Virus record (IMG/VR): IMGVR_UViG_3300017766_003924
Coordinates: 1-64,000 of that record
Origin: a virus
Lineage: Duplodnaviria; Caudoviricetes
DNA length: 64,000 bases
Reading direction: 5' to 3' (one strand)
This document shows positions 39,600 to 49,468 of this stretch, piece after piece. The position numbers were made by a program, and so were the translations under genes. Below the pieces are notes generated by a model. The model was not told the DNA's origin. It saw only the letters and a list, made by a program, of their open reading frames with translations, and ran no database searches. How positions within the stretch are numbered: the stretch's first letter is position 1; each line of letters starts with the position of its first letter.

Positions 39600-40965
39600 A
39601 TTCTAACATATCCGCAATATCATATACGGATAATTCCTTCTTTAATTCATGGATACGTACACCTCTACCAATTGATTGTAAAATCTTAATTTTAGCTTTT
39701 CCACCACCAGCAAATATAATATTGTGTATGTTATTAATGCTGATACCAGTAGAAAATATTTTTGAGATAGCAACACATATCACATCGTTGTTGCTTTCCA
39801 TTACTTGCTTTACCTTATCTCTATCTTCTACTTCCACCTCTCCCCGGATAAAGTATATTTGTTTATCAGAGTTATGTTTGAGATAATCAGTTAGAAGTTC
39901 ACCGTGTTCTATATGGTCAAGAAGTATCAAAGAATTACCTACTGCTTTATGTGATATTTTTTTAATTAGATTATTACGAAACTCTGATTTTTTAATAAAA
40001 GTGTGTTCTAATCTATATTTGCTCGTAGTATCTGCTTTATCGCAGCTCTTATAATCTGGTGAGGTCTTATAATACACTTTAATTACATGTATACGTGCTG
40101 CGGTAATCGCTTCCTTCTTTATTAACTCAACTCTATCTACATCAAAGATTATAGGTCCAAATTTACCAACAATATTCCAATAATCGTGATTGTCTGGAGG
40201 CATCGTACCAGTGAACCCATACTTATAATTAGTAGGTATACTCTTTAGAATTTTATTTACCTTATTATCTTTTCTAACCTTATGAACCTCATCAACAATA
40301 CATACATCAACATTGCTTATAGTCTTTAACTCATGTTTTCTATTTTGTAAAATACCTAAATTTGAAATAATAATATTGGTGTTAGGTTCTAAATCATAAT
40401 TTCCTGTCCATCTATTAAACTTAAAGTCTACGCAATAGTTTGTAAAGTCTTTAAAAGTCTGATTTACTAGTCCGATGTCAGGTACTATTACTAGTGCTTT
40501 GAAATTAGGTAAAGCATTATAGAGGGTATTAAGGAGACTAGCCATAATGAGAGTCTTTCCTGCACCAGTTTCTGCTCTAATTACACCCCTTCCATACTGA
40601 AGAGCGCTTTTAACTGCAGCTAATTGATAATCTCTAAGTGTGAAGGTACCTAATGTGGGTTGTATATCAGTAAATGAAGTAAATTTTTTAGGGTGAATTA
40701 CATCTAACAGTAGAGGGTCAATTGTGATGACCATATTTGGATTGTATTCCTTTACCCACTTGATTATACTAAATGTTAATCCGGGATCATAATTTCCATT
40801 CATTGAAATCATATGAATTCGATCAGGTATAAAGAAGTAGCCTCTCCGCTTTGCGAATTCCGCACCTTTATTAACAATCGAGAATTTCTCTCGGATGAGG
40901 GGTAATAGGTCCGTCTGAACTACTCCGGTCTGATTTGATGAATTATATGTGAATACAACTTCCAT
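39514..40965 (-). CDS. uvsW: SF2 helicase UvsW
   Basis: LRDYQ, TGAGKT, DEVH, GFTGT, STGISI, LQSIGRGVR. Confidence 0.95.
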   Translation of the reverse strand: MEVVFTYNSSNQTGVVQTDLLPLIREKFSIVNKGAEFAKRRGYFFIPDRIHMISMNGNYDPGLTFSIIKWVKEYNPNMVITIDPLLLDVIHPKKFTSFTDIQPTLGTFTLRDYQLAAVKSALQYGRGVIRAETGAGKTLIMASLLNTLYNALPNFKALVIVPDIGLVNQTFKDFTNYCVDFKFNRWTGNYDLEPNTNIIISNLGILQNRKHELKTISNVDVCIVDEVHKVRKDNKVNKILKSIPTNYKYGFTGTMPPDNHDYWNIVGKFGPIIFDVDRVELIKKEAITAARIHVIKVYYKTSPDYKSCDKADTTSKYRLEHTFIKKSEFRNNLIKKISHKAVGNSLILLDHIEHGELLTDYLKHNSDKQIYFIRGEVEVEDRDKVKQVMESNNDVICVAISKIFSTGISINNIHNIIFAGGGKAKIKILQSIGRGVRIHELKKELSVYDIADMLEYGETHLQSRIKIYNENNLKYDSYHARET

Positions 40966-41360
40966 TATAACGTTTCGAGTTTAATTATTTCTGTAAGGTT
41001 TTTAATATCGTACGTCATATTACCGCAAATCTTTTCAACCTTTTCAAGATATTCAATAATCACCGAAAGATCTTCTATTTTGTTCTGAATATCTTGATAT
41101 TGGTCAGATTTAATTATCATTCCCTCAATAGTGGTAGTTGCGAGCTTTACTGGACTACTTTCATTTACTTTAGTAGTACCTTCACGGAGAAGATGCTTTT
41201 GTCTCCGCTTTAATTCAGATAACTCACCTTTATGTCTCATTAAACGACCAACCCACTTATGCTTAATTCCTGGGAGTCTTAATTGCTTATCCTTTAACGA
41301 AAGCTGATCAAGGGTTACATCCTCTTGAATCTCCTTGATATATTGATTTACTAATTCCAT
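40965..41360 (-). CDS. uvsY: Recombination mediator UvsY
   Basis: LPGIKHKWVGRL, IEYLEKVEKI, YDIKN.TEIIKLE; adjacent to uvsW; start moved to MELVNQY (41360). Confidence 0.8.
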   Translation of the reverse strand: MELVNQYIKEIQEDVTLDQLSLKDKQLRLPGIKHKWVGRLMRHKGELSELKRRQKHLLREGTTKVNESSPVKLATTTIEGMIIKSDQYQDIQNKIEDLSVIIEYLEKVEKICGNMTYDIKNLTEIIKLETL

Positions 41361-41417
41361 ACCTTTATTCTTAAATAATATTATAGATAGCATTATATGC
41401 AATATCTGTAACTATAT

Positions 41418-42236
41418 ATGTTCAATAATAAAGTTCAGGAATTTTTGAGTGAGAGCGATGAGAATAACGATCTCAACAATAAAAACCTCTTTAAATTTCA
41501 CAAAAAGCTGTCAGATCAAGTAAGAACAAAGACAGAAGAAGCAGGTAAAGCCTTTGATGCAGCAGACTTCAAAGTGGGTGATACACTATACACTCAAGCA
41601 GGTAGCGAGGTTCGTGTAATCGGACGAGGTTTAAAGTTTTCTAAGAAATCAGGTAGAGGAATGATTCTAGGTGAAGTCATTAGCTCAAAAAAATATCCTC
41701 ATTCAGTAGGTACAAAGACGTTTATCTATGTAGATATGCTCTCTTATGATGAACCAATTACAGAGAATTTTATTGGAGGCAATACTTCAGGGGTAGTTGG
41801 TTTTGGATCAGGTAACGCAGCATCCTCTTCAACAGATACATACGCACCAGGAGATAATAGACTTCCTTCTGTTATAGGTAAAAAGAAAGGAAAGAAAAAG
41901 ATTCACATTCAGCGTAGACCGCTTATTAAAGAGCGTTGTGAGACATGCGATCTACCTGTTCAAGTATTAGACGACTCAACTGGCGCGTACTTTAACATAA
42001 CATATATTGATAAAGAGGATAAGACTTTTATCGTTATAACTGATATTCACATCCCAGCCGATGCTAAGGGTGCTACTAAGAGATTGTTTGCTGCTCTTAA
42101 AGAGATATCGTCTACAACTCAATACCCTACTATGATACCTGCTGCGGTGGTACAATCCGATAAAAGACGAGAGATATTAAAAAAGTACGGATTCGAAGGT
42201 GATGGTGATATGGTGTGTACCTGTGGATTAGCTTGA
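41418..42236 (+). CDS. Putative packaged polyprotein: leader, small beta domain, capsid N-arm-like motif and GNAT-like domain
   Basis: Leader KVQEFLSE; internal DTYAPGDNRLPSV matches gp23 DNYAAGDSRLPKV; C-terminal KGATKRLFAALKE...LKKYGF. Confidence 0.65.
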   Translation: MFNNKVQEFLSESDENNDLNNKNLFKFHKKLSDQVRTKTEEAGKAFDAADFKVGDTLYTQAGSEVRVIGRGLKFSKKSGRGMILGEVISSKKYPHSVGTKTFIYVDMLSYDEPITENFIGGNTSGVVGFGSGNAASSSTDTYAPGDNRLPSVIGKKKGKKKIHIQRRPLIKERCETCDLPVQVLDDSTGAYFNITYIDKEDKTFIVITDIHIPADAKGATKRLFAALKEISSTTQYPTMIPAAVVQSDKRREILKKYGFEGDGDMVCTCGLA

Positions 42237-42265
42237 AATACACCTAGTAGTATTTAAATAGTGGT

Positions 42266-42805
42266 ATGAGTAACGCGTCTAAGAATAAGGGTAAAGCTTT
42301 TGAGAGAGAGTTCGCAAAGCACCTGACATCAATCTTTGGTCTTAATTTTAATAGGGTACCGAATTCCGGTGCATTTACTGGTGGTTTGAATAGCTTTCGT
42401 AATAACTATCTTACCGAAGAGCAAAAGCTTCTTGCTACTGGAGATATTATTGTACCTAAGGAATTAGGGAGATATGCATTTGAATGTAAGTGGTATAAGG
42501 ATTTCGAGTGGCATCATGTATTAACTCAAAATCTCACACTCGATAAATGGATTGCGCAGGCAAGTGCAACCTCAAAGCAGTGGTTCCTCATCTTTAAGAT
42601 AAACCGTCAAGGATGGTTTGTAGTTTACAGTGATGTGAATGCATCTCTCTATAAGCATGTAGGTAATAAGATTCTGTATGGTAAGAACATTATTGTTTCT
42701 GGTGATCAATTTTTTGAATTGAATAAAGAAACTCTGTTATTACCTATGGTAGATCTTGAACCTGTGAAGAGTGATGTTAATATTACATTGACATGTTCGA
42801 AATAG
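42266..42805 (+). CDS. Holliday-junction resolvase (Hjc-like PD-(D/E)XK)
   Basis: SKNKGKAFERE, RVPNSGA, GDII, FECKWY; TAAATA 5 nt upstream. Confidence 0.85.
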   Translation: MSNASKNKGKAFEREFAKHLTSIFGLNFNRVPNSGAFTGGLNSFRNNYLTEEQKLLATGDIIVPKELGRYAFECKWYKDFEWHHVLTQNLTLDKWIAQASATSKQWFLIFKINRQGWFVVYSDVNASLYKHVGNKILYGKNIIVSGDQFFELNKETLLLPMVDLEPVKSDVNITLTCSK

Positions 42806-43323
42806 TAATACCTCACTTTAATTATAGAGTATTTCATTTTAATTACATATTTCATAATCAGCTTGAAATAGACATATGTAATGAATGGAGTCTTTATGGT
42901 ATCTCTCAGTTCAATAATGATGCCAAGAGACTCGCAAAGCATCATACTCTCCGTACTATAATATCACTTTTAGAAGGAAAGGAAAAGATTTTATTCTACA
43001 TCTGTAAAGATTTAAAGTACACCTCATCTCGTAAGCAATTTCCATTATTTCCAGAGTGGTATACCAATTATCTATTAACTACCTTCAAACAGCACAATAT
43101 TTCATGTCTGATTAATGGTAAGTTTAAATCTGTAGATACATTAAAAGGTGAAATCTTAATAGAGAATGGGTTCTATCAAGAAGTTATTAACACAATACAA
43201 TCTAAGAAGCCAGTAAAGATACAGAAGTTAAAAGATGACTGTAGACGGAATGGTCTCTTATACGTCCAAAAATTCCTTGAACAGCCTAAAAATAACCACT
43301 TGATTTCTTCCACTATGTCATAA
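42793..43323 (+). CDS. Hypothetical protein
   Basis: ORF coupled to the resolvase gene. Confidence 0.55.
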   Translation: MFEIVIPHFNYRVFHFNYIFHNQLEIDICNEWSLYGISQFNNDAKRLAKHHTLRTIISLLEGKEKILFYICKDLKYTSSRKQFPLFPEWYTNYLLTTFKQHNISCLINGKFKSVDTLKGEILIENGFYQEVINTIQSKKPVKIQKLKDDCRRNGLLYVQKFLEQPKNNHLISSTMS

Positions 43324-43409
43324 CTATAATTGAGAGGGGAGAAAAAGGCGTAATCCGATATTGCGCATCGCGCTCAATCGGAGATAATAAATAATTAAAA
43401 CATTATCCT

Positions 43410-43730
43410 ATGAATTTTGATACTAAAATAAATGAATTACTACAAGAATTTGTAGTATCATCGACTGTAAACTCTAATCCTACAACGACTTTAAATAATC
43501 AGAGAACTAAAAATAATCAATTAAATAATAAGTCTCCAGAGAGTGATAATGTTAAAAGTCATCAGACTATGTTAGATATTGAAGATAAGCGTACAAATAA
43601 CATACCTCTATCTCCTGAAGAAATAGAATTCGAAAGAACCTTTAAATCTACTCAACCCATGAGGAATCAAGGGGTAAAGGGTTTAACTCAATATCTCAAG
43701 ACCACATCACAGCAGCAACCACGTAGATAA
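43410..43730 (+). CDS. Hypothetical protein with leader, low complexity
   Basis: MNFDTKINELLQE leader; N/T/Q-rich. Confidence 0.6.
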   Translation: MNFDTKINELLQEFVVSSTVNSNPTTTLNNQRTKNNQLNNKSPESDNVKSHQTMLDIEDKRTNNIPLSPEEIEFERTFKSTQPMRNQGVKGLTQYLKTTSQQQPRR

Positions 43731-43736
43731 TATTTT

Positions 43737-44039
43737 ATGAATTCTTTACCTTTATTAAGTAAGCTCATTCTCGAACAAGAACAACAACTTGATGCTGCAA
43801 TGCCTCAGCCAGGTGCTGATTCAGCCCTTCCCCAAGGTGCACCTTCAGCATCTCCTCAGGCTCCTCAACCTCTTACATCAGAAGGTAAAGTATTTCTAAT
43901 CGACCTCATTAAGAGGGCTCTCGCTATTAGTCCTGATAATATCTCTCAGCAAGACAAGGCTGTATTTAATGAGAAGCTTACTACAGAAAACGCAGATACG
44001 GTATTAAAAAAACTACAAAATATCATTGAACAATTTTAA
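43737..44039 (+). CDS. Hypothetical protein with leader and P/A/Q linker
   Basis: LLSKLILE leader; PQPGADSALPQGAPSASPQAPQP. Confidence 0.65.
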   Translation: MNSLPLLSKLILEQEQQLDAAMPQPGADSALPQGAPSASPQAPQPLTSEGKVFLIDLIKRALAISPDNISQQDKAVFNEKLTTENADTVLKKLQNIIEQF

Positions 44040-44070
44040 GTAAAGCTAATATTTACTTATAGTTCAATAT

Positions 44071-45378
44071 ATGCAATCCTGTGATAAATCGACAGAATGC
44101 TTTACTATCTTTTCAAAACATCCCGATCATCCATTAAGGGTAATTGGTGTTGCTACTCCCGAGACTCACGATAAAGTTTGTAAGATAGTAAAAGCTGAGA
44201 GACCAGAAGGTCTAAAGATATTAGTATCAGAGTTGTTCACACAAAGTAACTGGAAGAATCTACCTCACATTGAAGAACAGGTTCTAAACAGTTTTCATCG
44301 CATATCTACGTTAGACATCATAAAGTTCAAAAGCTTCGTTCGGATCAAGAGCTCGCAAGGGTATCTTGATGATCTCTTCGGTTGTGATATAATAAACTTC
44401 AAAGATTACCTCTATAACAAGCTTAAGACTGATTCTACCGACTTTATATCTGATTATAGTGAATTCGGACAGGTGATATCAGATTTATGGAATATTAAGT
44501 TTGATATTGGTGCCGTATTTGTCGGTCCCGGAGAGTTATGTATCTCTCTTCTTACTGGATGTCAAAAGAGTCGTTTTGGAGATCTGAACTATAAACAGTA
44601 TGAGATAGAACTTAAAAGCAATTATGGGAGATTAGGTAAATCTCTCTTTACTCATAAATTTAGAGAAAATTTATTAAGTTCAGGAATACCGATAGATGTT
44701 GAGAAGGAATATTTAAATTGGAATAATATCAAGCTCGAAATATTGAGATCTAAGATACTCACACAGTTTGCAAAAAAGAAGAGTAATTATCCACTAGAGC
44801 ACAATCTCGAAACATCATCATTTCCAGTTATAATGATTGATTTTCAGCAGATACCAAATTCCAAAACACTACTTCAGAATATCAATCAATATTTTAACTA
44901 TCGTCAGGACATTAAAGATATCAAAGATGGGGTTACTCGAGTCAAATGGCTTGAGTGTGTCTACACCTGCTTAATGTATGAGAATAATTTAACTGAAGAG
45001 CAATTTTTAAAGATACTTTCATTCACTCGTACCGAACAATTAGATGTAGATGAAGAATTAGAGTTATTAAGTGGATTGAGGCTATTAGAAAAGATGTATG
45101 GAATAAAGCAAAAACTTTCAATAGAAAAAGATAGAGAATTATTAGTCTTTTTAATATGGGCTATACAGCTTACTGCTTATAGAGCAGTAACCAAATTCGA
45201 TTTCCTATTCTTAGTAAATCCTAAGACATATGAAATAGCAGTGTTTAATACACATAAGAAATCTATAACAGAATGTCTTATATCTACATTTCAATTTTTA
45301 TACGCTAAAAAAGATAAGTTCTATGCTAAGTTAGATGTTGATGATCGAAATAAAGGAATTAGTATCTCAATGAAATGA
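44071..45378 (+). CDS. PD-(D/E)XK-like nuclease, putative
   Basis: VGPGELCISLL...GDL....EIELK..YGRLG. Confidence 0.5.
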   Translation: MQSCDKSTECFTIFSKHPDHPLRVIGVATPETHDKVCKIVKAERPEGLKILVSELFTQSNWKNLPHIEEQVLNSFHRISTLDIIKFKSFVRIKSSQGYLDDLFGCDIINFKDYLYNKLKTDSTDFISDYSEFGQVISDLWNIKFDIGAVFVGPGELCISLLTGCQKSRFGDLNYKQYEIELKSNYGRLGKSLFTHKFRENLLSSGIPIDVEKEYLNWNNIKLEILRSKILTQFAKKKSNYPLEHNLETSSFPVIMIDFQQIPNSKTLLQNINQYFNYRQDIKDIKDGVTRVKWLECVYTCLMYENNLTEEQFLKILSFTRTEQLDVDEELELLSGLRLLEKMYGIKQKLSIEKDRELLVFLIWAIQLTAYRAVTKFDFLFLVNPKTYEIAVFNTHKKSITECLISTFQFLYAKKDKFYAKLDVDDRNKGISISMK

Positions 45379-46502
45379 GTAATTTCTTTACACATATTGA
45401 ACATTTTGAAGACTATTTTTTAGATTATAGGAACCTACCAAGGCTACAATCCTTTATAGATGATATATCTCTAGGTTTAAATACCACAGTAAATCATAAG
45501 GTTGATGGTAATATTATGATTATATTCGGGATCAACAAATTCAACAGTAAATTCTTCATCGCAACTAAATCAGGAGTCTCTGTATCATCACCTAAATTTA
45601 TCTATAGCGTAGAGGATATATTCAAGCATTATCCCGGTGATGATAGAATAAGTTTGAGGCAAAAGCTTACCTGTATTTTTAAATATCTCAATGAATGGTT
45701 TAAAACCATAGCAGATGATAATGATCTTATCTTTCAATGTGATATTCTTTTCGCACACCCCTATATTAGGAAACATACTTCCGCTGATCAATTTATATTT
45801 CAACCTAATACAGTCGTATATAAGACAACTGATAAAGATTTAAAGGATAGCGTAGTAGGTATATGCATACATTCAGCATATATTAATAGATCAGATAAAG
45901 AGGCACTTCAACTTGAAAAGTATAAAGGCTTATTTGCATGCAACATAGAATCTACCTCAGATGTATTTGTATGTTCTAGTAAAGCAAATACCATATCATC
46001 AACATATAAAGACCTCCACAATCTTTTACCAAGAATAGACACACCTCTATGTAATGAACATATTGAAAAGTCTTCCCGTACCTATATATCAAACAAGATA
46101 AAGGATTATCTCCACCACGGAAATTGTAGCCAATTAGGTGAATATAATATACATTCATATGCAAGGAGTACTTTAAAGCTAGGTGAGGGCTGGTGGGATG
46201 ATGTATTGCTAGAAATGCATGCTAATGAGATAACACGAAGGTTTTCATCAGCATATATAGATAGAGCTAATATACCTCAGAAGGATATGAGAATGTTTGT
46301 TTTGACCGCTATTAACCTCTTGCGTATTAAGTATTACATTTTAAATAAAATTACAAAGATTAACACTCACTTCTTGAAAGATGGAAAGAGCTTTATCAAT
46401 GATAAAGAAACTCAAGGTGAAGGGTGGGTCGTAACACATAACGAACTCGAGTTAAAATTTATTGATAGAGCTGAATTTTCTCAAGCACACTTTTTAAAAT
46501 GA
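45375..46502 (+). CDS. Ligase-fold nucleotidyltransferase-like protein (resembles the family I recall as DUF6267)
   Basis: Motifs in ligase order: KVDG (I), IFQCDI (III), FQPNT, EGWVV (IV), LKFIDR.EFS (V). Confidence 0.6.
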   Translation: MSNFFTHIEHFEDYFLDYRNLPRLQSFIDDISLGLNTTVNHKVDGNIMIIFGINKFNSKFFIATKSGVSVSSPKFIYSVEDIFKHYPGDDRISLRQKLTCIFKYLNEWFKTIADDNDLIFQCDILFAHPYIRKHTSADQFIFQPNTVVYKTTDKDLKDSVVGICIHSAYINRSDKEALQLEKYKGLFACNIESTSDVFVCSSKANTISSTYKDLHNLLPRIDTPLCNEHIEKSSRTYISNKIKDYLHHGNCSQLGEYNIHSYARSTLKLGEGWWDDVLLEMHANEITRRFSSAYIDRANIPQKDMRMFVLTAINLLRIKYYILNKITKINTHFLKDGKSFINDKETQGEGWVVTHNELELKFIDRAEFSQAHFLK

Positions 46503-48151
46503 CATTTGAAATTAATATACCAGTATCCAACATTAATGACTTCAGCCCCTTAATATACTTAGACCTTTATAAAATCAACGGTACCCGCGCATTTGTGAAG
46601 ACCTTTCACACTTCAAAAGTTTTACAATCCTCTAAGGAGTGTTTTAGTTACAAATTTTCCTTTCCAGGTAATAAAGAAGACTTTAAAGCATTAATAGTTA
46701 AACAAGGCGATGAGACAATTTTTAGTGAGTTTTACAATCAACCAGCGCATATTGAAATCAATAACTTTCATATAGTTGTTGCATGTCGCAATGCTGAAAA
46801 GTATATAGGTGAATGTATTAGTAGTATCATACGACAGACCCACTTTAGGTGTAATATTGTAGTGATAGATGATAATTCTATAGATTCAACAAGCTTAGTA
46901 GTACAAGAAATAATAGAGAAATATCCTATTCAAGGAATTCGTATTATTAAGAATGATCAGCATCGCGGTATTGGATATTCTAAGAGGTTAGGATGCTCTT
47001 TAGCGAAGCCTGGTGATATTATCTGCATTTTAGACGGTGACGACTACTTAACTAACAATCAAGCGCTCGAGAAGATAAATGAAGAGTATAATAAAGATAT
47101 ACGGGTAGGTTGTATATACACAAACTTTTATTTCATCAATTCAGATAAGGTTGTTCCTGCGCAATGGATATATCAATTTAATAATAAACAGAGCGGCTAT
47201 AAACAAGATTGCGTATCTCACTTTCTTACCTTTAAGGCTGATGTATACAACCTCTCAAAGGGATATGATGCAAGTAATAAATTCTGTACAGATAAACAAA
47301 TTATAAATGAGTTAGCATGTGTAACAAATCTACGCTATTTACCTCTATATACATATGGTTATAGGCTACATCAAGATAACATTGATAGCCAGTATACCTC
47401 TACTGAAGTTTCAGATAATTTTTTAAGAATAAAGGATATTTATAAAGAGAAGGATAACAATATGTCTATTATTGTTACTCATCACAATAGAGATATATTA
47501 CCCCTCCTTAAATCCATTAATACATCAATAGTTAACAACCTTATTGAACTCATAATTGTTACTACATATAAAGAATTACCTGAGCCTATAACAAGCTATA
47601 TTAATACTGAATTGCAGGTTCCGATTTACATTATTCACTTTAATGAAGAGTTTAATAAGTCTAAGATGATAAATTTAGGTGTATTATCATCTAACTTTAA
47701 TAGGTTACTCTTTTTAGATTGTGATATGAAGTTTGATGAGGGGTTTATTAAAAGTGCAAATATTGCCATTGATTATAGTAATGTATTTTTTCCAATATGT
47801 TTTGATGAAGATACAAATACAGCTCGTAATAAAGGATATGGTAATTGTGGTTTAATGAAGCGGGATTTCTATAGAGTTCAAGGCTTCGACGAAGATTTTA
47901 AAACGTGGGGCGGTGAAGACACTCACTTCTTTCATAAATGTTCACTTGAACCCTTCAATATTCACCGACAAGAATATCCCACATTTATACATCTTCCTCA
48001 TGAATATAAGGACGTATGGCATAAAACTGTTGTTAATAGAGATGTTTTGAAGGAAAGTGTTACAGAGTATAGAGCTCGTGCAGATAAAAATGTTGCATTC
48101 TTTAATAAAAAGATTAATGAATACAAGAAAAAATTCTCCATCCAGAGCTAA
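46499..48151 (+). CDS. Two-domain glycosyltransferase (GT2 plus GT2/GT7-like C-terminal domain)
   Basis: CRNAEKYI..CI.SI, IDDNSID, LDGDD; then FNKSKMINLG, FLDCD, GFDEDFKTWGGED. Confidence 0.88.
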   Translation: MTFEINIPVSNINDFSPLIYLDLYKINGTRAFVKTFHTSKVLQSSKECFSYKFSFPGNKEDFKALIVKQGDETIFSEFYNQPAHIEINNFHIVVACRNAEKYIGECISSIIRQTHFRCNIVVIDDNSIDSTSLVVQEIIEKYPIQGIRIIKNDQHRGIGYSKRLGCSLAKPGDIICILDGDDYLTNNQALEKINEEYNKDIRVGCIYTNFYFINSDKVVPAQWIYQFNNKQSGYKQDCVSHFLTFKADVYNLSKGYDASNKFCTDKQIINELACVTNLRYLPLYTYGYRLHQDNIDSQYTSTEVSDNFLRIKDIYKEKDNNMSIIVTHHNRDILPLLKSINTSIVNNLIELIIVTTYKELPEPITSYINTELQVPIYIIHFNEEFNKSKMINLGVLSSNFNRLLFLDCDMKFDEGFIKSANIAIDYSNVFFPICFDEDTNTARNKGYGNCGLMKRDFYRVQGFDEDFKTWGGEDTHFFHKCSLEPFNIHRQEYPTFIHLPHEYKDVWHKTVVNRDVLKESVTEYRARADKNVAFFNKKINEYKKKFSIQS

Positions 48152-48159
48152 ATACTTAT

Positions 48160-48768
48160 GTGGATACTTTACGATATAAGATAACATCGTTTTTCCTTAA
48201 AAGGTTCGCACACTTTAAGGTCTTTAAGTATCCTTTCTTCGTAGTCTATGATCCCGGGAGCTACCTCATCAAAGGATCGGATTATTATATCGTAAAAGAC
48301 CTCATTAAACCAGGAGATATTCTTTTAAGAGGGTATGACAACTATCTCGATGGCTACTTTATTCCTGGAACCTATAGTCATGCAGCAATGTGTATAGATA
48401 AAGAAAAGATCATACACTCAATGACCCCTAATGTACAGTATATTGATCTCTGTACCTTTATGAGATGTGATAAGATTGCGATTATTAGACCGCTTTTAGA
48501 TGTATATAAGAGAGCTACTGCAGTTAAGAGAGCAGTAAAGCAATTAGGTTCACCATATGATTATGACTTCATATTTGAAGAAGGAGGCAATAATAAGAGG
48601 TACTTTAGTTGTTCTGAACTTATATACCACGCTTATTATCCGTACAGAGAAGAGCTCGATTGGAATCTAAAGCAGAAGGATTACTTCTTTTTTAACAAAA
48701 AAATATTTGCCCCTGATGATTGTTTACCAACCACCAAGAGCAAATCTACGATTATCTGGTCTAAGTAA
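48160..48768 (+). CDS. Permuted papain-like amidase (YaeF/YiiX, NlpC/P60 superfamily)
   Basis: PGDILL, YSHAAM (His), LGSPYDYDF, FSCSELIYHAY (Cys); GTG start. Confidence 0.85.
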   Translation: MDTLRYKITSFFLKRFAHFKVFKYPFFVVYDPGSYLIKGSDYYIVKDLIKPGDILLRGYDNYLDGYFIPGTYSHAAMCIDKEKIIHSMTPNVQYIDLCTFMRCDKIAIIRPLLDVYKRATAVKRAVKQLGSPYDYDFIFEEGGNNKRYFSCSELIYHAYYPYREELDWNLKQKDYFFFNKKIFAPDDCLPTTKSKSTIIWSK

Positions 48769-48769
48769 T

Positions 48770-49414
48770 TTACTTACTCTTCGAGAACTCTACAAATTTG
48801 TAAAACTCTGCTCTCGAATTATCATTATTATCTAAGAACGCACCAGACATGCGAGCTGTTCTCATCGTTGAATCATGTTTAATTCCTCTATTTGAGCAAC
48901 AAGTATGATCACATTCAAGTAATACCGCAACACCCTTGTTACCTTCACACACCTCATCGATATAATTAAAGATCTGCTGAGTGAGTGACTCCTGTACTTG
49001 AGGTCTCCGAGCAAACCAATCTACAATTCGATTAAGTTTGCTTAAACCAATCACTTTACCTTCCTTAGAGGGTATATAAGCTACATGAGCAATACCTGTA
49101 AAGGCTAAATGATGATGAGAACACAGGGATGTTAGTTTGATATTGTTCTGACATACCATACCGTTATAACCTTCGATATTATCGAAGGCTGTTACATTCG
49201 GTGGCTTTGTGTAGCATCCCGATATAATGTCTGTTACGAACGCTTTAGCGACTCTGTGAGGAGTATTGCTAGAATGAGGATCATTTCTCCAGTCGATTGC
49301 GAGAGCATCGAGAAATTGCTCATATGCCACTTCAGCACGACTAACAATTTGTTCGAGCTCCACGGGAGTCCTCTCTTTATTTCCATTTGCATAGGGTATT
49401 TTTTCGAGTTCCAT
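48770..49414 (-). CDS. folE: GTP cyclohydrolase I FolE
   Basis: TPHRVAK, SLCSHHHLAF.G..HVAYIP, GLSKLNR, RRPQVQESLT, C..RG. Confidence 0.96.
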   Translation of the reverse strand: MELEKIPYANGNKERTPVELEQIVSRAEVAYEQFLDALAIDWRNDPHSSNTPHRVAKAFVTDIISGCYTKPPNVTAFDNIEGYNGMVCQNNIKLTSLCSHHHLAFTGIAHVAYIPSKEGKVIGLSKLNRIVDWFARRPQVQESLTQQIFNYIDEVCEGNKGVAVLLECDHTCCSNRGIKHDSTMRTARMSGAFLDNNDNSRAEFYKFVEFSKSK

Positions 49415-49468
49415 ATATTACATTGATTATTATAAATTCATCGCTAAATTAATCAATTAAATAATTAC

